64,000 bases of DNA from an uncultured delta proteobacterium (GTDB lineage: Bacteria > Myxococcota_A > Polyangia > Haliangiales > Haliangiaceae). The DNA is taken from NCBI GenBank assembly GCA_963848295.1, contig CAWKDB010000010.1, positions 2,848,001 through 2,912,000 of the forward strand. Direction: 5' to 3'. The notes under the pieces were generated by a model. It was not told the origin of the DNA, did no database searches, and saw only the letters and a program-made list of their open reading frames with translations. The position numbers and the translations under genes were made by a program. Positions 42,123-51,900 of the stretch are shown here, piece after piece (position 1 is the stretch's first letter; each line of letters opens with the position of its first letter).

Positions 42123-43118
42123 ATGGCGAAAGCGAAGACCTCGGCGCCGAAGAAGGCGACGACACCGCGCAAGAAGAAGGTCAAGGCCGAGCCGGGCTCG
42201 GTCGGGTTGACTGCCGCAGAGCTGACGACCGCCTCGCCGAGCGCCGAGATCGGCAAGCTGCGCGGGTTGCTCGAAGCCGCCGGCGGCAACGTGCTCGCGG
42301 TGTATCGCGAGCCGCTCGGTGGCCACTGGGTCGCGCTCGCGGCGCTGCCGATCGATAGAGTCCAGCCGACGCCCTACCAGCGCGAGCTGTCGAAGGCGCA
42401 CGCCGATCGGCTCGCGAGCGTCATTCCGAAGGTCGGGCGGTTCCTCGATCCGGTGATCGCGGTCCCCGACGGCGCCGGAGGGTTCATCACGCCGAACGGC
42501 ATGCACCGGCTCACCGCGATGACCCAGCTCGGCGCGAAGACGATCGTCGCCCTCGTCATGCCGGAGCCCGAGATCGCGTTTCGCATCCTCGCGCTGAACA
42601 CCGAGAAGGCGCACAACCTCAAGGACAAGGCGCTCGAGGTGATCCGCATGGCGCGGGCGATCGCCGAGGCCGGCGGCCGGAGCGAAGCCGACGTCGCGTT
42701 CGAGCTCGAGCAGCCATCGCTCGTCACGATCGGCGTGTGCTACGAGAAGAACCCGCGCTTCTCGGGCGGTGCTTACAACTCGGTCGTCACGAAGTGCGAG
42801 GCGTTCTCGACCGAGCCCATGGCGAAGAGCTTGAAGTTGCGCGAGGCGCACGCCGACAAGCTGCTCGAGCTCGATGAAGCCGTCGCCGTCGCAGTGGGCA
42901 AGCTCAAAGCCGCCGGCTGGACCAGCGGCTATCTCAAGCCGATCGTGGTCGCGCGCGTCAATCCGTTGCGGTTCGCGAAGCTCGGGCCCGACGAGCGCGC
43001 CGACTTCGACAAGACGCTCGACAAGATGATCGACGGCGCCAAGAAGTTCGATGCGTCGAAGGTCAAGGCGCAGGACGTCGCGATCGCGGCCGCGGTCGGC
43101 GGCGGCGAAGGAGAATAG
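42123..43118 (+). CDS. ParB/Srx-like N-terminal domain protein
   Basis: PTPYQR, FLDPVIAV, PNGMHRL.A, ALNTEK; Lys-rich N-terminal tail. Confidence 0.8.
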   Translation: MAKAKTSAPKKATTPRKKKVKAEPGSVGLTAAELTTASPSAEIGKLRGLLEAAGGNVLAVYREPLGGHWVALAALPIDRVQPTPYQRELSKAHADRLASVIPKVGRFLDPVIAVPDGAGGFITPNGMHRLTAMTQLGAKTIVALVMPEPEIAFRILALNTEKAHNLKDKALEVIRMARAIAEAGGRSEADVAFELEQPSLVTIGVCYEKNPRFSGGAYNSVVTKCEAFSTEPMAKSLKLREAHADKLLELDEAVAVAVGKLKAAGWTSGYLKPIVVARVNPLRFAKLGPDERADFDKTLDKMIDGAKKFDASKVKAQDVAIAAAVGGGEGE

Positions 43119-43120
43119 CG

Positions 43121-43612
43121 TTAGAAGAAGTAGTAGTGGATACCGGCGCCGCCCTCGAGCTGGCCGTCGATGCTCGTGCCGTCGGCGTCTTCGAGACCAA
43201 ACGAGAAGCCGCCGGTGAAGCTGAGGGCGACGTTCGCGGCGATGAACAGGCGGATCTGAAACGCCGGCTCGAGAAACACGCGGGTCGCACGCCGCATCAA
43301 CGTGTTGCCGTCGATGCCCGGCGACACGCTCGCGAGACCGAGGCCGGCGCCGAGCCCGAAGTCGGACATCGCGGTCGAGTGGACGTGATAGAAGAACCGG
43401 CCGCCGAATTCGATCTCGTCACCGGGGCCGGCCGGGTCGTTGATCCCGAAAAAGCCGCCGACGTGAAACCGCCCCGCGTCGTAGTTGGCAGACAGGCCGG
43501 CGAGCCCACTGAGCTCGGCTTCGACGCCGACGCCGACCGTGCCCGCTTGGCCGCCTGCGCGCGCCGTGGCTGCCGCTGCGAGTAACAATGTCGCGATCGC
43601 GATGGTCTTCAT
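43121..43612 (-). CDS. Small outer-membrane beta-barrel protein
   Basis: Signal peptide (ARA), alternating beta strands, C-terminal GIHYYFF. Confidence 0.8.
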   Translation of the reverse strand: MKTIAIATLLLAAAATARAGGQAGTVGVGVEAELSGLAGLSANYDAGRFHVGGFFGINDPAGPGDEIEFGGRFFYHVHSTAMSDFGLGAGLGLASVSPGIDGNTLMRRATRVFLEPAFQIRLFIAANVALSFTGGFSFGLEDADGTSIDGQLEGGAGIHYYFF

Positions 43613-43666
43613 GACGGCGATGCTCGCGCTCCCACCGATTCGGCGCAACTGCGGTAAGGTCGCGAC

Positions 43667-44689
43667 GTGATCGCTCCGGAGCTCGAGCTCTCGGATCTCG
43701 ACGCTCGACACTGGCGCAACTGGTGGCGGCTGCTCGTGCCACCGCGCGTGCTCGACGATCGCCGCTGGGCACTCGTCGTGATCGACGGCGATACCGCGCA
43801 CATCGTGAAGCTCGTGATCGCCGGCCCCGACGGGCGCGGAGCGGGTGGATCGATCGCGCCGCCGCTGCCGCTGACCGGCACGTCCGAGCGCGAGCTGACG
43901 GCCTTTGCGACGAAGCTCGGGGTCGGAGCGGTCGTCGTCATCGATCGCCGGCTGATCGGCGAGCTGTCGGCCGAGATCGAAGCGGCGCTGCGGCCGGATC
44001 AAGACGGCGCCGCGCAAGCGTTGATCGCCTGGCGGTCGGTCAAGCAGCGCGCCGGCAAAGGGCTATGGACGTCGCCGGCGTTGCTCGAGCTCCTGCCCGC
44101 TCCGTCGCACGAGGCGATCCAGCGAACGTTCGATCTGCTCGTGCCGGATCATACGGCGCTCGTCGCTTACGTGATCGAAGACGATCGCCAGCGGGTTCAC
44201 TCGTCGATCATCGCGGTCAAGGACGGCGGCGACATCGCGCGCGCCGCGACCCATCGGGCGATCGCGGATCTCGTGTCCGAGTCGACACTCGCTCGCGATT
44301 GGCAGAAGGGCTACAAGCGCGTGCTCGAGGCGGTCGAGGAGCGGTTCGCCAAGCCGAGCATCGCGCTGTTCATCGAGCGCGCGACCTTGCTGCGCATCGT
44401 CACCGGTCCGAGCGACCAGCTCGCGCGCGAGCTGAACGCAAAGAGGGTCGTGATCGATCCGGCGCCGGCGTGGTTGCTCGGGCTGCTCGGAGGCGCCGCG
44501 GTGGCGGCGATGGCAGGTCGCGCCGCGAGTGCGCTCGCTAGCATGCTGCCGCAGGCGACGCGTGATCGAGCGTCGGCACTCGCCCACCGCGCGGGTGCGG
44601 CGATGAAAGAATCGGGCGCGCATCCGTTCGCGCTACTCGGCTTCGATCCGCTCGAGTTGTGGGCGCGCCTGAAGCACTACTACCGTTGA
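43667..44689 (+). CDS. Hypothetical protein
   Basis: 340 aa with genome-typical codon use; TAAGGT 6 nt before GTG. Confidence 0.75.
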   Translation: MIAPELELSDLDARHWRNWWRLLVPPRVLDDRRWALVVIDGDTAHIVKLVIAGPDGRGAGGSIAPPLPLTGTSERELTAFATKLGVGAVVVIDRRLIGELSAEIEAALRPDQDGAAQALIAWRSVKQRAGKGLWTSPALLELLPAPSHEAIQRTFDLLVPDHTALVAYVIEDDRQRVHSSIIAVKDGGDIARAATHRAIADLVSESTLARDWQKGYKRVLEAVEERFAKPSIALFIERATLLRIVTGPSDQLARELNAKRVVIDPAPAWLLGLLGGAAVAAMAGRAASALASMLPQATRDRASALAHRAGAAMKESGAHPFALLGFDPLELWARLKHYYR

Positions 44690-45303
44690 GTCTCGGCGAG
44701 CGAGCCGTTGTCCTCGACGTAGAAGTCGCCGCACCGCGCGCACTCGACGGTCGGGGCTTGCCCCCGGCCGTCAACAGCGCCGAATGGCGATGCGGTTCGA
44801 TCGACCGATGCGGGCAGCGTCTCGCCGCACTTGCACGCCCAGCCGATGCGCGTGGCCGGCGCACCGACGACGAGCGCGTGCGGCCCGACATCGCGGGTGA
44901 CCACCGCTCCCGCCCCGATCATCGCGTACTCGCCGATCGTGACGCCGCAGACGATCGTGGCGTTCGCGCCGACCGTCGCGCCGCGACACACGAGCGTCCG
45001 CGCGTACTCGGTCTTGCGCGGGACGTGGGCGCGCGGATGCTTGACGTTCGTGAACACGCACGACGGGCCGAGGAACACGTCGTCCTCGAGCGTCACGCCG
45101 TCGTAGATCGAGACGTGGTTCTGGATCCGGCAGCCGTGCCCGATCCGGACCACGCCGACGAAGCACCCTTGGCCGATCGAGCAGCGGTCGCCGATCCAGG
45201 CGCCTTGCATGACGTGAACGAACTGCCAGATCCGCGTGTCCTTGCCGACGTGCGTGCCCGGGCCGTCGACGATCGCCGAAGCGTGAATCTGTGCGTCTGC
45301 CAC
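44680..45303 (-). CDS. Hexapeptide-repeat N-acetyltransferase (WbpD/WlbB-like)
   Basis: IQNHVSIYDGVTLEDDVFLGPSCVFTN, GANATIVCG, C-terminal CKCG..L..C..CG. Confidence 0.92.
   Translation of the reverse strand: MADAQIHASAIVDGPGTHVGKDTRIWQFVHVMQGAWIGDRCSIGQGCFVGVVRIGHGCRIQNHVSIYDGVTLEDDVFLGPSCVFTNVKHPRAHVPRKTEYARTLVCRGATVGANATIVCGVTIGEYAMIGAGAVVTRDVGPHALVVGAPATRIGWACKCGETLPASVDRTASPFGAVDGRGQAPTVECARCGDFYVEDNGSLAETQR
44744..44805 (-). mobile_element. 57 bp twin-hairpin in-frame element (copy 3)
   Basis: Reverse complement GTCGA-TCGAACCGCATCGCCATTCGGCGCTGTTGACGGCCGGGGGCAAGCCCCGACC-GTCGA; lies between the two Cys pairs. Confidence 0.8.
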
Positions 45304-45326
45304 TTTGCGCTAGGATGCGCTAGCCC

Positions 45327-46175
45327 GTGCCGAAACGTCCACCCCGTGTTGCACGCGAGCTGCCTCGGCCGCGCGATCTGCCCGGCAATGGCCCGACGCT
45401 CGCGTATCGCGGTCGTGGCGGCGAGCTGTGGCACGGCGATGCGCTCGAGCTGCTCGGGCGCATGAAAGATCGTTCCGTCGATCTCGTCGTCGCCGATCCG
45501 CCCTATGCGATCGCGAAGGAGGCGTGGGACGAGTTCGCGTCGCTCGAGGCCTACGTCGCGTGGTGCGACCTGTGGCTCGCTGAAGTCGCGCGCGTGCTCG
45601 CTCCGCACGGCTCGGCGTACGTCTGCGGGTTCTCCGAGATCCTCGCCGACGTCAAAGTGCGGAGCGCGAGTCGGTTCGCCGGCTGCCGCTGGCTCGTCTG
45701 GTACTACAAGAACAAGGCGAACCTCGGGCGCGACTGGGGCCGGTCGCACGAGTCGATCTTGCACCTGCGCGGGCCGGACGCGCGGCTCGACGTCGACGCC
45801 GTGCGCGTGCCGTACAACGGCCACACCACGAAGTATCCGGCGCGCGTCCAGGCCGTGTCGTCGCAATACGGCGGCGCGCAAGCCAAGCGCGACACGTGGC
45901 AGCCGAACCCGCTCGGTGCGAAACCGCGTGACGTCATCGAGATCCCGGTGATCTGCAACGGCATGGCGGAGAAGACACCGCACGCGACCCAGAAGCCCGA
46001 GGCGCTGATCGAGCGACTGGTCCTGGCGTCGAGCGGCGAAGGTCAGCTCGTCGTCGATCCGTTCGCGGGATCGGGCACGACCGCGGTCGTCGCGGCCCGG
46101 CTCGACCGGCGGTGGTTCACGTGCGACGCCGATGCGCGCTATGTCGGGCTCGCGCGCGACCGCTTGCGCGCGTGA
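45327..46175 (+). CDS. Orphan beta-class N6/N4 DNA methyltransferase
   Basis: ADPPY precedes HATQKP and DPFAGSGTT. Confidence 0.92.
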   Translation: MPKRPPRVARELPRPRDLPGNGPTLAYRGRGGELWHGDALELLGRMKDRSVDLVVADPPYAIAKEAWDEFASLEAYVAWCDLWLAEVARVLAPHGSAYVCGFSEILADVKVRSASRFAGCRWLVWYYKNKANLGRDWGRSHESILHLRGPDARLDVDAVRVPYNGHTTKYPARVQAVSSQYGGAQAKRDTWQPNPLGAKPRDVIEIPVICNGMAEKTPHATQKPEALIERLVLASSGEGQLVVDPFAGSGTTAVVAARLDRRWFTCDADARYVGLARDRLRA

Positions 46176-48518
46176 CTAGAACTGCGGCTTGAGGCCCATC
46201 TCTTTGATCAGATTCTGGGCGCCGTCGACCGCATCCATCACCCACAGCATGTAGCGCGCGTCGACCGAGATCGTCCGCGTGGTCGCGCCGTTGAACACGA
46301 CGTCGGACGCGAGGCCCTCTTCGTTGCCGTCGAACGCGAGCCCGACGAGCTCGCCCTTGTTGTTGAGCGTCGGCGAGCCCGAGTTGCCACCGGTGATGTC
46401 GAGATCCGATTCGAAGTCGACGGGCAATTGGCCGCCGAGCGTGCGGGCGCCATAGGTGCCCCACTTCTTCGCCTTGATCGCGGCGAGCAGCTTCGCCGGC
46501 GAGTTGAACGGCTCCTTGCCGGTGTCGAGCTTGAGGATCTGCGACGCCGTCGTGAACGGCCAGTTCGCTTCGTCGTGGAGCTCGGGGTGGAGCGACTTGA
46601 TCGTGCCGTACGTGATCCGCAACGTCGCGTTCGCGTCGGGCGCCAGCGCCCCACCGAGCACCGCCTTGACCGCTTCGACGTAGAGCGGAGCGACGAGCGC
46701 GAGCTCGCCTGCGCGCGCATCGCTCTTTTTCTCTTCAGCCTTGGCGATCGGCCATACGCGGAGCGCCGCCTGCACGAACGGATCCTTCTGCGCCGCAACC
46801 CGCCGCGAGTTGCCCTTCTGGAGCAGCTCGAGTCGCGTCGTTTCGTTCTCGATCGCGGCCGAGCTGCCGTCCTTGGCGACCGGCGCATCCTCCGCCTTGT
46901 ACCAAGCGTCGATCGTCTTATCGATCAACGCCTCGTCGATCTTCGTGGTCTTCTTGACGCCGAGCAGCGTCGCGAGCCACGGCCGCTCCGCTTCGGGCAG
47001 GAGCGTCGCGCGCACGAGCGCCAGGCGAAAGTCCGCATGATCGAGCGTGCGATCGTAGGTCTTCAGTAGCTGCTTCTGGCCGCCGACCGCGCGCTCGAGG
47101 TCGCGGTCCTGGAAACCGGGCTTGCGCGCCGCATCCGGCTTCGCGCGCTCTTCGTTCCACCGGATCAGCGACAGCGACGTGCTGAGCAGTCGCGAGCCAA
47201 AAAACGCCTGGCTGCGATCGAAATCGACGCGCGCGGTGCGATGCGCTTCGGCTTCGATCGACTCGAGCTTGTCGATCGCCTGTGCGTACTTCTCGTTGCC
47301 CGGCTTGGCCGCCCACTCCTTGGCCTTCTTGTCGAGTGCGTCCTTCTGCGCGAGCAACTCGGGGTCCTTCTTGAGGCCCTCCTCAGTTCCGCGGAACTTC
47401 TCGAGACTGTTCTGCGCGAACTGCTTCGCGACGCCGGCCTTGATCGCGGTCTCGCCTCCGTCCTTGAGGTGCTCCTCGTCGAGCTTGTAGCGCTGCTCGA
47501 GATACTCGATCAGGTACGGATAGAACCACTCGACATCGTTGTGGACGCTCGCCGCGGTCTCGAGCCGATCGGTCCGACCGGGATAGCCGGTGATCATCAC
47601 GAAGTCGCTGGCCTTGACGCCAGCGGACGACACCTTGAGGAAGTGCTTCGGTTGGTACGGCACGTTGTCGGGCGAGAACGTCGCGGGCTTGCCGTCCTTG
47701 CCGACGTACGCGCGGAAGTACGACCAGTCGCCGGTGTGGCGCGGCCAGTGCCAGTTGTCGACCTCGCCGCCGTAATCACCGATCGCGCGATCCGGAACGT
47801 AGACGAGCCGGACGTCCTTGATGTCGAGCATCTCGATCAAGTAGTAGAGGCCGCCGCGGAAAAATCCCGAGACCTGACAGCGAATCTCCGGGCGATCTTT
47901 CTCGCAAGTTGCGACCAGCTGCTTCGTTCGCTTCTCGATCTCGTCGTGACGCGCGACCGGATCCTTGATCGCGTCGAGGCCATCGCGGATGTCTTTCGTG
48001 ACATCGCGAAACGCTTGCGCGACCTCCACGTGCTGGTTCGGACCCGCGCTCTTCTCGTCGGCCTTCGTCTTCGCGAGGAAGCCGTGCTCGACGAGGTTGT
48101 TGTCGGGCGTCGAGTTGAGCTGGAGCGCGCCCTGCGCGCAGTGATGGTTCGTGACGATCAACCCCTCGGGCGACACGAACGACGCGGTGCAGCCACCGAG
48201 CCACACGACCGCGGCGAGCGGATCGGCGAGCGGGTCCGACAGCGTCTTCGCGTCGAGCTTCACGCCCATCTTGTCGAAGTTGTCGACGTGCTGCGGCAGC
48301 GTCATCTGCGACGGCATCCACATGCCGCCCGGATCCTGGTACTGCTCCCGAAACCCGCGCGATGGGTCGGCCGCCGCGGTCAGCCCGGTCCTCGAATTCG
48401 TTTCGTTGGGGTTCGTGGTGTGCGACGATCCGAGCTCGTCGGCGGTCGTCACCGGCTTCTTGGTGCCGCCGCCGCATGCAGCGACGAGCGCGAGCGCGAG
48501 CGTTATCTTGCGATTCAT
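46176..48518 (-). CDS. S46 family dipeptidyl peptidase (lipoprotein)
   Basis: GGMWMP, GCTASFVS, TNHHC, DNWHWPRHTGD, DITGGNSGSP. Confidence 0.96.
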   Translation of the reverse strand: MNRKITLALALVAACGGGTKKPVTTADELGSSHTTNPNETNSRTGLTAAADPSRGFREQYQDPGGMWMPSQMTLPQHVDNFDKMGVKLDAKTLSDPLADPLAAVVWLGGCTASFVSPEGLIVTNHHCAQGALQLNSTPDNNLVEHGFLAKTKADEKSAGPNQHVEVAQAFRDVTKDIRDGLDAIKDPVARHDEIEKRTKQLVATCEKDRPEIRCQVSGFFRGGLYYLIEMLDIKDVRLVYVPDRAIGDYGGEVDNWHWPRHTGDWSYFRAYVGKDGKPATFSPDNVPYQPKHFLKVSSAGVKASDFVMITGYPGRTDRLETAASVHNDVEWFYPYLIEYLEQRYKLDEEHLKDGGETAIKAGVAKQFAQNSLEKFRGTEEGLKKDPELLAQKDALDKKAKEWAAKPGNEKYAQAIDKLESIEAEAHRTARVDFDRSQAFFGSRLLSTSLSLIRWNEERAKPDAARKPGFQDRDLERAVGGQKQLLKTYDRTLDHADFRLALVRATLLPEAERPWLATLLGVKKTTKIDEALIDKTIDAWYKAEDAPVAKDGSSAAIENETTRLELLQKGNSRRVAAQKDPFVQAALRVWPIAKAEEKKSDARAGELALVAPLYVEAVKAVLGGALAPDANATLRITYGTIKSLHPELHDEANWPFTTASQILKLDTGKEPFNSPAKLLAAIKAKKWGTYGARTLGGQLPVDFESDLDITGGNSGSPTLNNKGELVGLAFDGNEEGLASDVVFNGATTRTISVDARYMLWVMDAVDGAQNLIKEMGLKPQF

Positions 48519-48547
48519 GCATTCGACATAGCAGAGATTTTCAAGCG

Positions 48548-48966
48548 GTGGCTAGGCCAACGCGCCGCGACAGGCTGCGACAGGGTGGGGCTCGAGGCGC
48601 AAGCTATGTCTCGCGTTCCCCGACGTCGTCGAACGGCCGAGCCACGGCATGGCGACGTGGTTCGTGCGCGGCAAGAAGTCGTTCGCGACGTTCTCGAATG
48701 ATCACCATGGCGATGGCAGCCTCGCGTTCGTGTGCGCTGCGCCGGACGGGATGCAGGCCGCGCTCGTCGAGCACAACCCCGCCGCGTACTACTTGCCACC
48801 GTACGTCGCGCGGCTCGGCTGGGTCGGCGTACGGTTGGATCGCGACCTCGCCTCGGCCGAGATCGCGAGCGTCATTGCAAACGCGTACGCGACAGTCGCC
48901 GCCAAGACGCCGGCTAGCGGGCGCGCGAAGATCAGGCGTCGTGGTTCAGCTCGCGGGCCTGCTTGA
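48548..48966 (+). pseudogene. MmcQ/YjbR family protein with out-of-frame 5' end
   Basis: RKLCLAFPDVVERPSHG..TWFVRGKK...PPYV..LGWVGVRLD; that frame has no start between TAG 48553 and ATG 48649; GTG 48548 (VARPTRRDRLR) is in another frame. Confidence 0.6.
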
Positions 48967-51900
48967 ACAGCTGCTCGGCGCGGTGGAACGCCTCGATCGC
49001 TTGCTGCGCATTGTTCTCGACCGCCGCGGCGACCGCGTACGGGCTGGCGGCCGAGACGTGGTAGCGATCCTCTTGGTACGTCGCGTCGGCCCACGCCTTC
49101 CACGCCGCTCCGGCCTTCTGCGCCGCCGCCGGTGCGATCGGCTCGTGGTCGCGGATCGCCTTGTTGTGCCATTGCGCCGCCGCGGCCGCTTTCTGCTTGG
49201 CGGCGGCGACCGGGCCGGCTTGCACCGCGACCTGCGCATCCTTGGCCTTTAGCTCGTTGGCGTGTTGCGCCTTCTGCGCGGCCACGCCCGTCGGGCGGCG
49301 CAGGTGCTCGTTGGCTTCACGTTCGCGATTGTCATCGATCTGCTCGTGGTCGTCACCGACCGGAGCGACGTCGTGGTCGTGTGACTGCTCCCACTTGGTC
49401 TCGTTGGGCTTGAGCTTGCTCCATATGTGCTCGTCTCCCGGATACCAGGTCGCGCCGAGGTCCGAGAGCTCCGCGTAATCGGGCTCCCACACATGATAGA
49501 GCCCGCGCAGCTGGTTCTCGAAGTCCGCCTTCGCCTTCGCATCGTGGCCATCGAGGTCGACGATGCCCTCGTAGGCCTTGTTCTCCTGCTCCTTGTATCG
49601 CGTGCACACGCCGAGCAGATCGTTGTAGCGCTTCTTGCCCTTGACGACCTCGTTGTCGTCGACGTAGTTGCCGAGCTCCTGCCTGCGCGAGGCGATGTGG
49701 TGGAGCATCTCGCCGTAGGCGGTGATATTGCCGGTCTCGGTGAACTTCGCCTGAGCGGTGGTGATCTGGTTGTAGAGCGAATCGAGCGCCTCGATCTTGG
49801 CTTGCGCCTCCTTCGTCGCCTCCTTCTTCTTGCCGGCGTCGCGGAGCTGCTTCGCCGTCACGCCCGGATCCTCGACGACGAGCGCCTTGTACAGCGGCTT
49901 GAGGTTCGCGAGACCCTCGGGGAAGTCGTACATCGAGCCGCCGCTGCCGTTTCCCAGCGGCACGCGGACGACCGCCTCGATCATCTGCATGCGGTCGTGA
50001 TCGTTCTTGCCGATGAACGTCGCGAGCGCCTGGGCGACCAGCTTCTTGTCACCGTGTGCCGCATTGATCGAGCGGCGTAGCGTCTTCCAGTCGTCGCCGT
50101 TGCGCGTGCTCGCGAAGTGGTGGTCCCAGCTCACCGCGTCGGTTGCGGCGCCGATGATCGTGTTGTAGTCGGCGTCCGACAGGAACATTCCGCTCTGATC
50201 GCTCGACTCCTCCGGCTTGAGGCCGTCTGCGCCGGTCGCCTTGCTCAGCAGGCTCTTCTGCCGGCTGCGATCGTCGTGGTCGAGCAGCGTCTTCTGGAGA
50301 TCGGTGTGCGCGTCGGTCTGCGCGAGATCGCCGCTCGCCTTGTTGTCCGCGCTCACGGCGGTTTCGACCGCCTGGGTCTGGCTCCCGCTGAGCTTCCACT
50401 TGTCCACGCCGATGCTGCCACCGCCCTGGCTCGACGCCGCATCGATCTCGGTCTGCTTTCCGTCCTTATCGGTGACGAGGCGCTGCGAGGTCCCCGCGCT
50501 GCCGCCGAGCTCGAGGTTGACCTTGAACACGCTCACCGCGACCTTGTCCGAGTCGGTCGAAGCCTTCGAGGTCTCGTGCTCTTCGAGCAACTTGGGATAC
50601 TTCGTCATCAACGCTTCGAGATCGGCCTGCGAACGCGCGCGCAGGATCTCGTCCTTGATCGCGACCTCGTCCGCGGTCAGGTGGAACGTCGCCCCGGTCC
50701 CGGTCGCGGTCTTGTGCGCGTGATCGAACGAGCCCTTTGCGAACCCGACGCTCGCCGAGCCGCCGGCGCCGAGCTCGGTGTCGCTGTCGACCGCGACGCG
50801 GACCAGCAGCTCGTCGTGGGCCTTCTCGAGGATGAACTTCAACGTGCCGTTGTGGGAGACGCCGCCGTGCCCACCGATCCCGAGTCCGGCCGCGTCCGCG
50901 TCGAGGTGGGCCTTGGCCTCGCCGCCGCCGGCGACGTCCAGCTCGATCTTGTCGCCGTCGGCCATCTTGCGAATGGCCTCGGGATTGTCGAGCGACGCGG
51001 CGCGCGCGGCGTTCGCGGCGGCGGCGCCACCACCGCGCCAGCCATCGCGCCACGCCGTCGAGATCTGCGCGAGCTCGGGATACTTGCCGTTGCCCGCGTT
51101 CTGCGCGTTCACGACGTGCAGTTGATCGAGGTACTCCTTGCACTCGTCGGAGCTCATCACGTGCTGGAAGCTGAGATCTGCTGAGCCCTTCACCGAGATA
51201 TCGCCGCCGCCGCCGAATGAACCATCGCGCCGCGAGCCGTCGGTCTCGTCATATTTCCGCGCCGCATCGGCCGAGCCGCCGAGGCTCGCGCCGAGATGCA
51301 CGGCGACGACGACGACGAACCTACCCTCGAGCGACTTGTCCTCGCCGGCGTACGGCTTGACGCTGATCACGACGTGGCCGTCGCCTGCCACGGACACCCC
51401 GGTCTTGACCGTATTCGAGATGCCCTTGGTCTTCTGGCTCAGATCGGGCTCGCGGTCCGGATTGGGCGTGGAGAACGGGTGGCCGTTATCCCAGGTGTGG
51501 ATGTTGTCGCGACCCGCAGCGCCACTGCCGCCGAGGCCGAACCCGTCGCGATCGGCCTGGAGGTGGCCCTCGACCGACGAGTTGTTCGTGTTGCCGGTCC
51601 GGAGCTCGCCGGTCTTCGGGTCGACGGTCCCGACTTGCGAGGTGTTCGAGACGCCACCGCCGACCTTGCCGTCGCCGCGCATGAGGTTCTCGGTGTGCGA
51701 GCTCGACATCTTGAAGTCGTCGACCTGCTGGACCTGCTCGTGCGTGCTGCTCGCCCCGCCCAACCCCGCGTTGAGCGTGCTCTTGTCCGCAGCCGTCGCC
51801 GTGACGGCGTTGCCCTTGCCGTCGTCGCTGGTCTCGACCTCGCTGTGGGCCTTGGTCCGCGTGAGCCCCTTGTGATCGAGCAGGTTCTGCGTGCTGTGGG

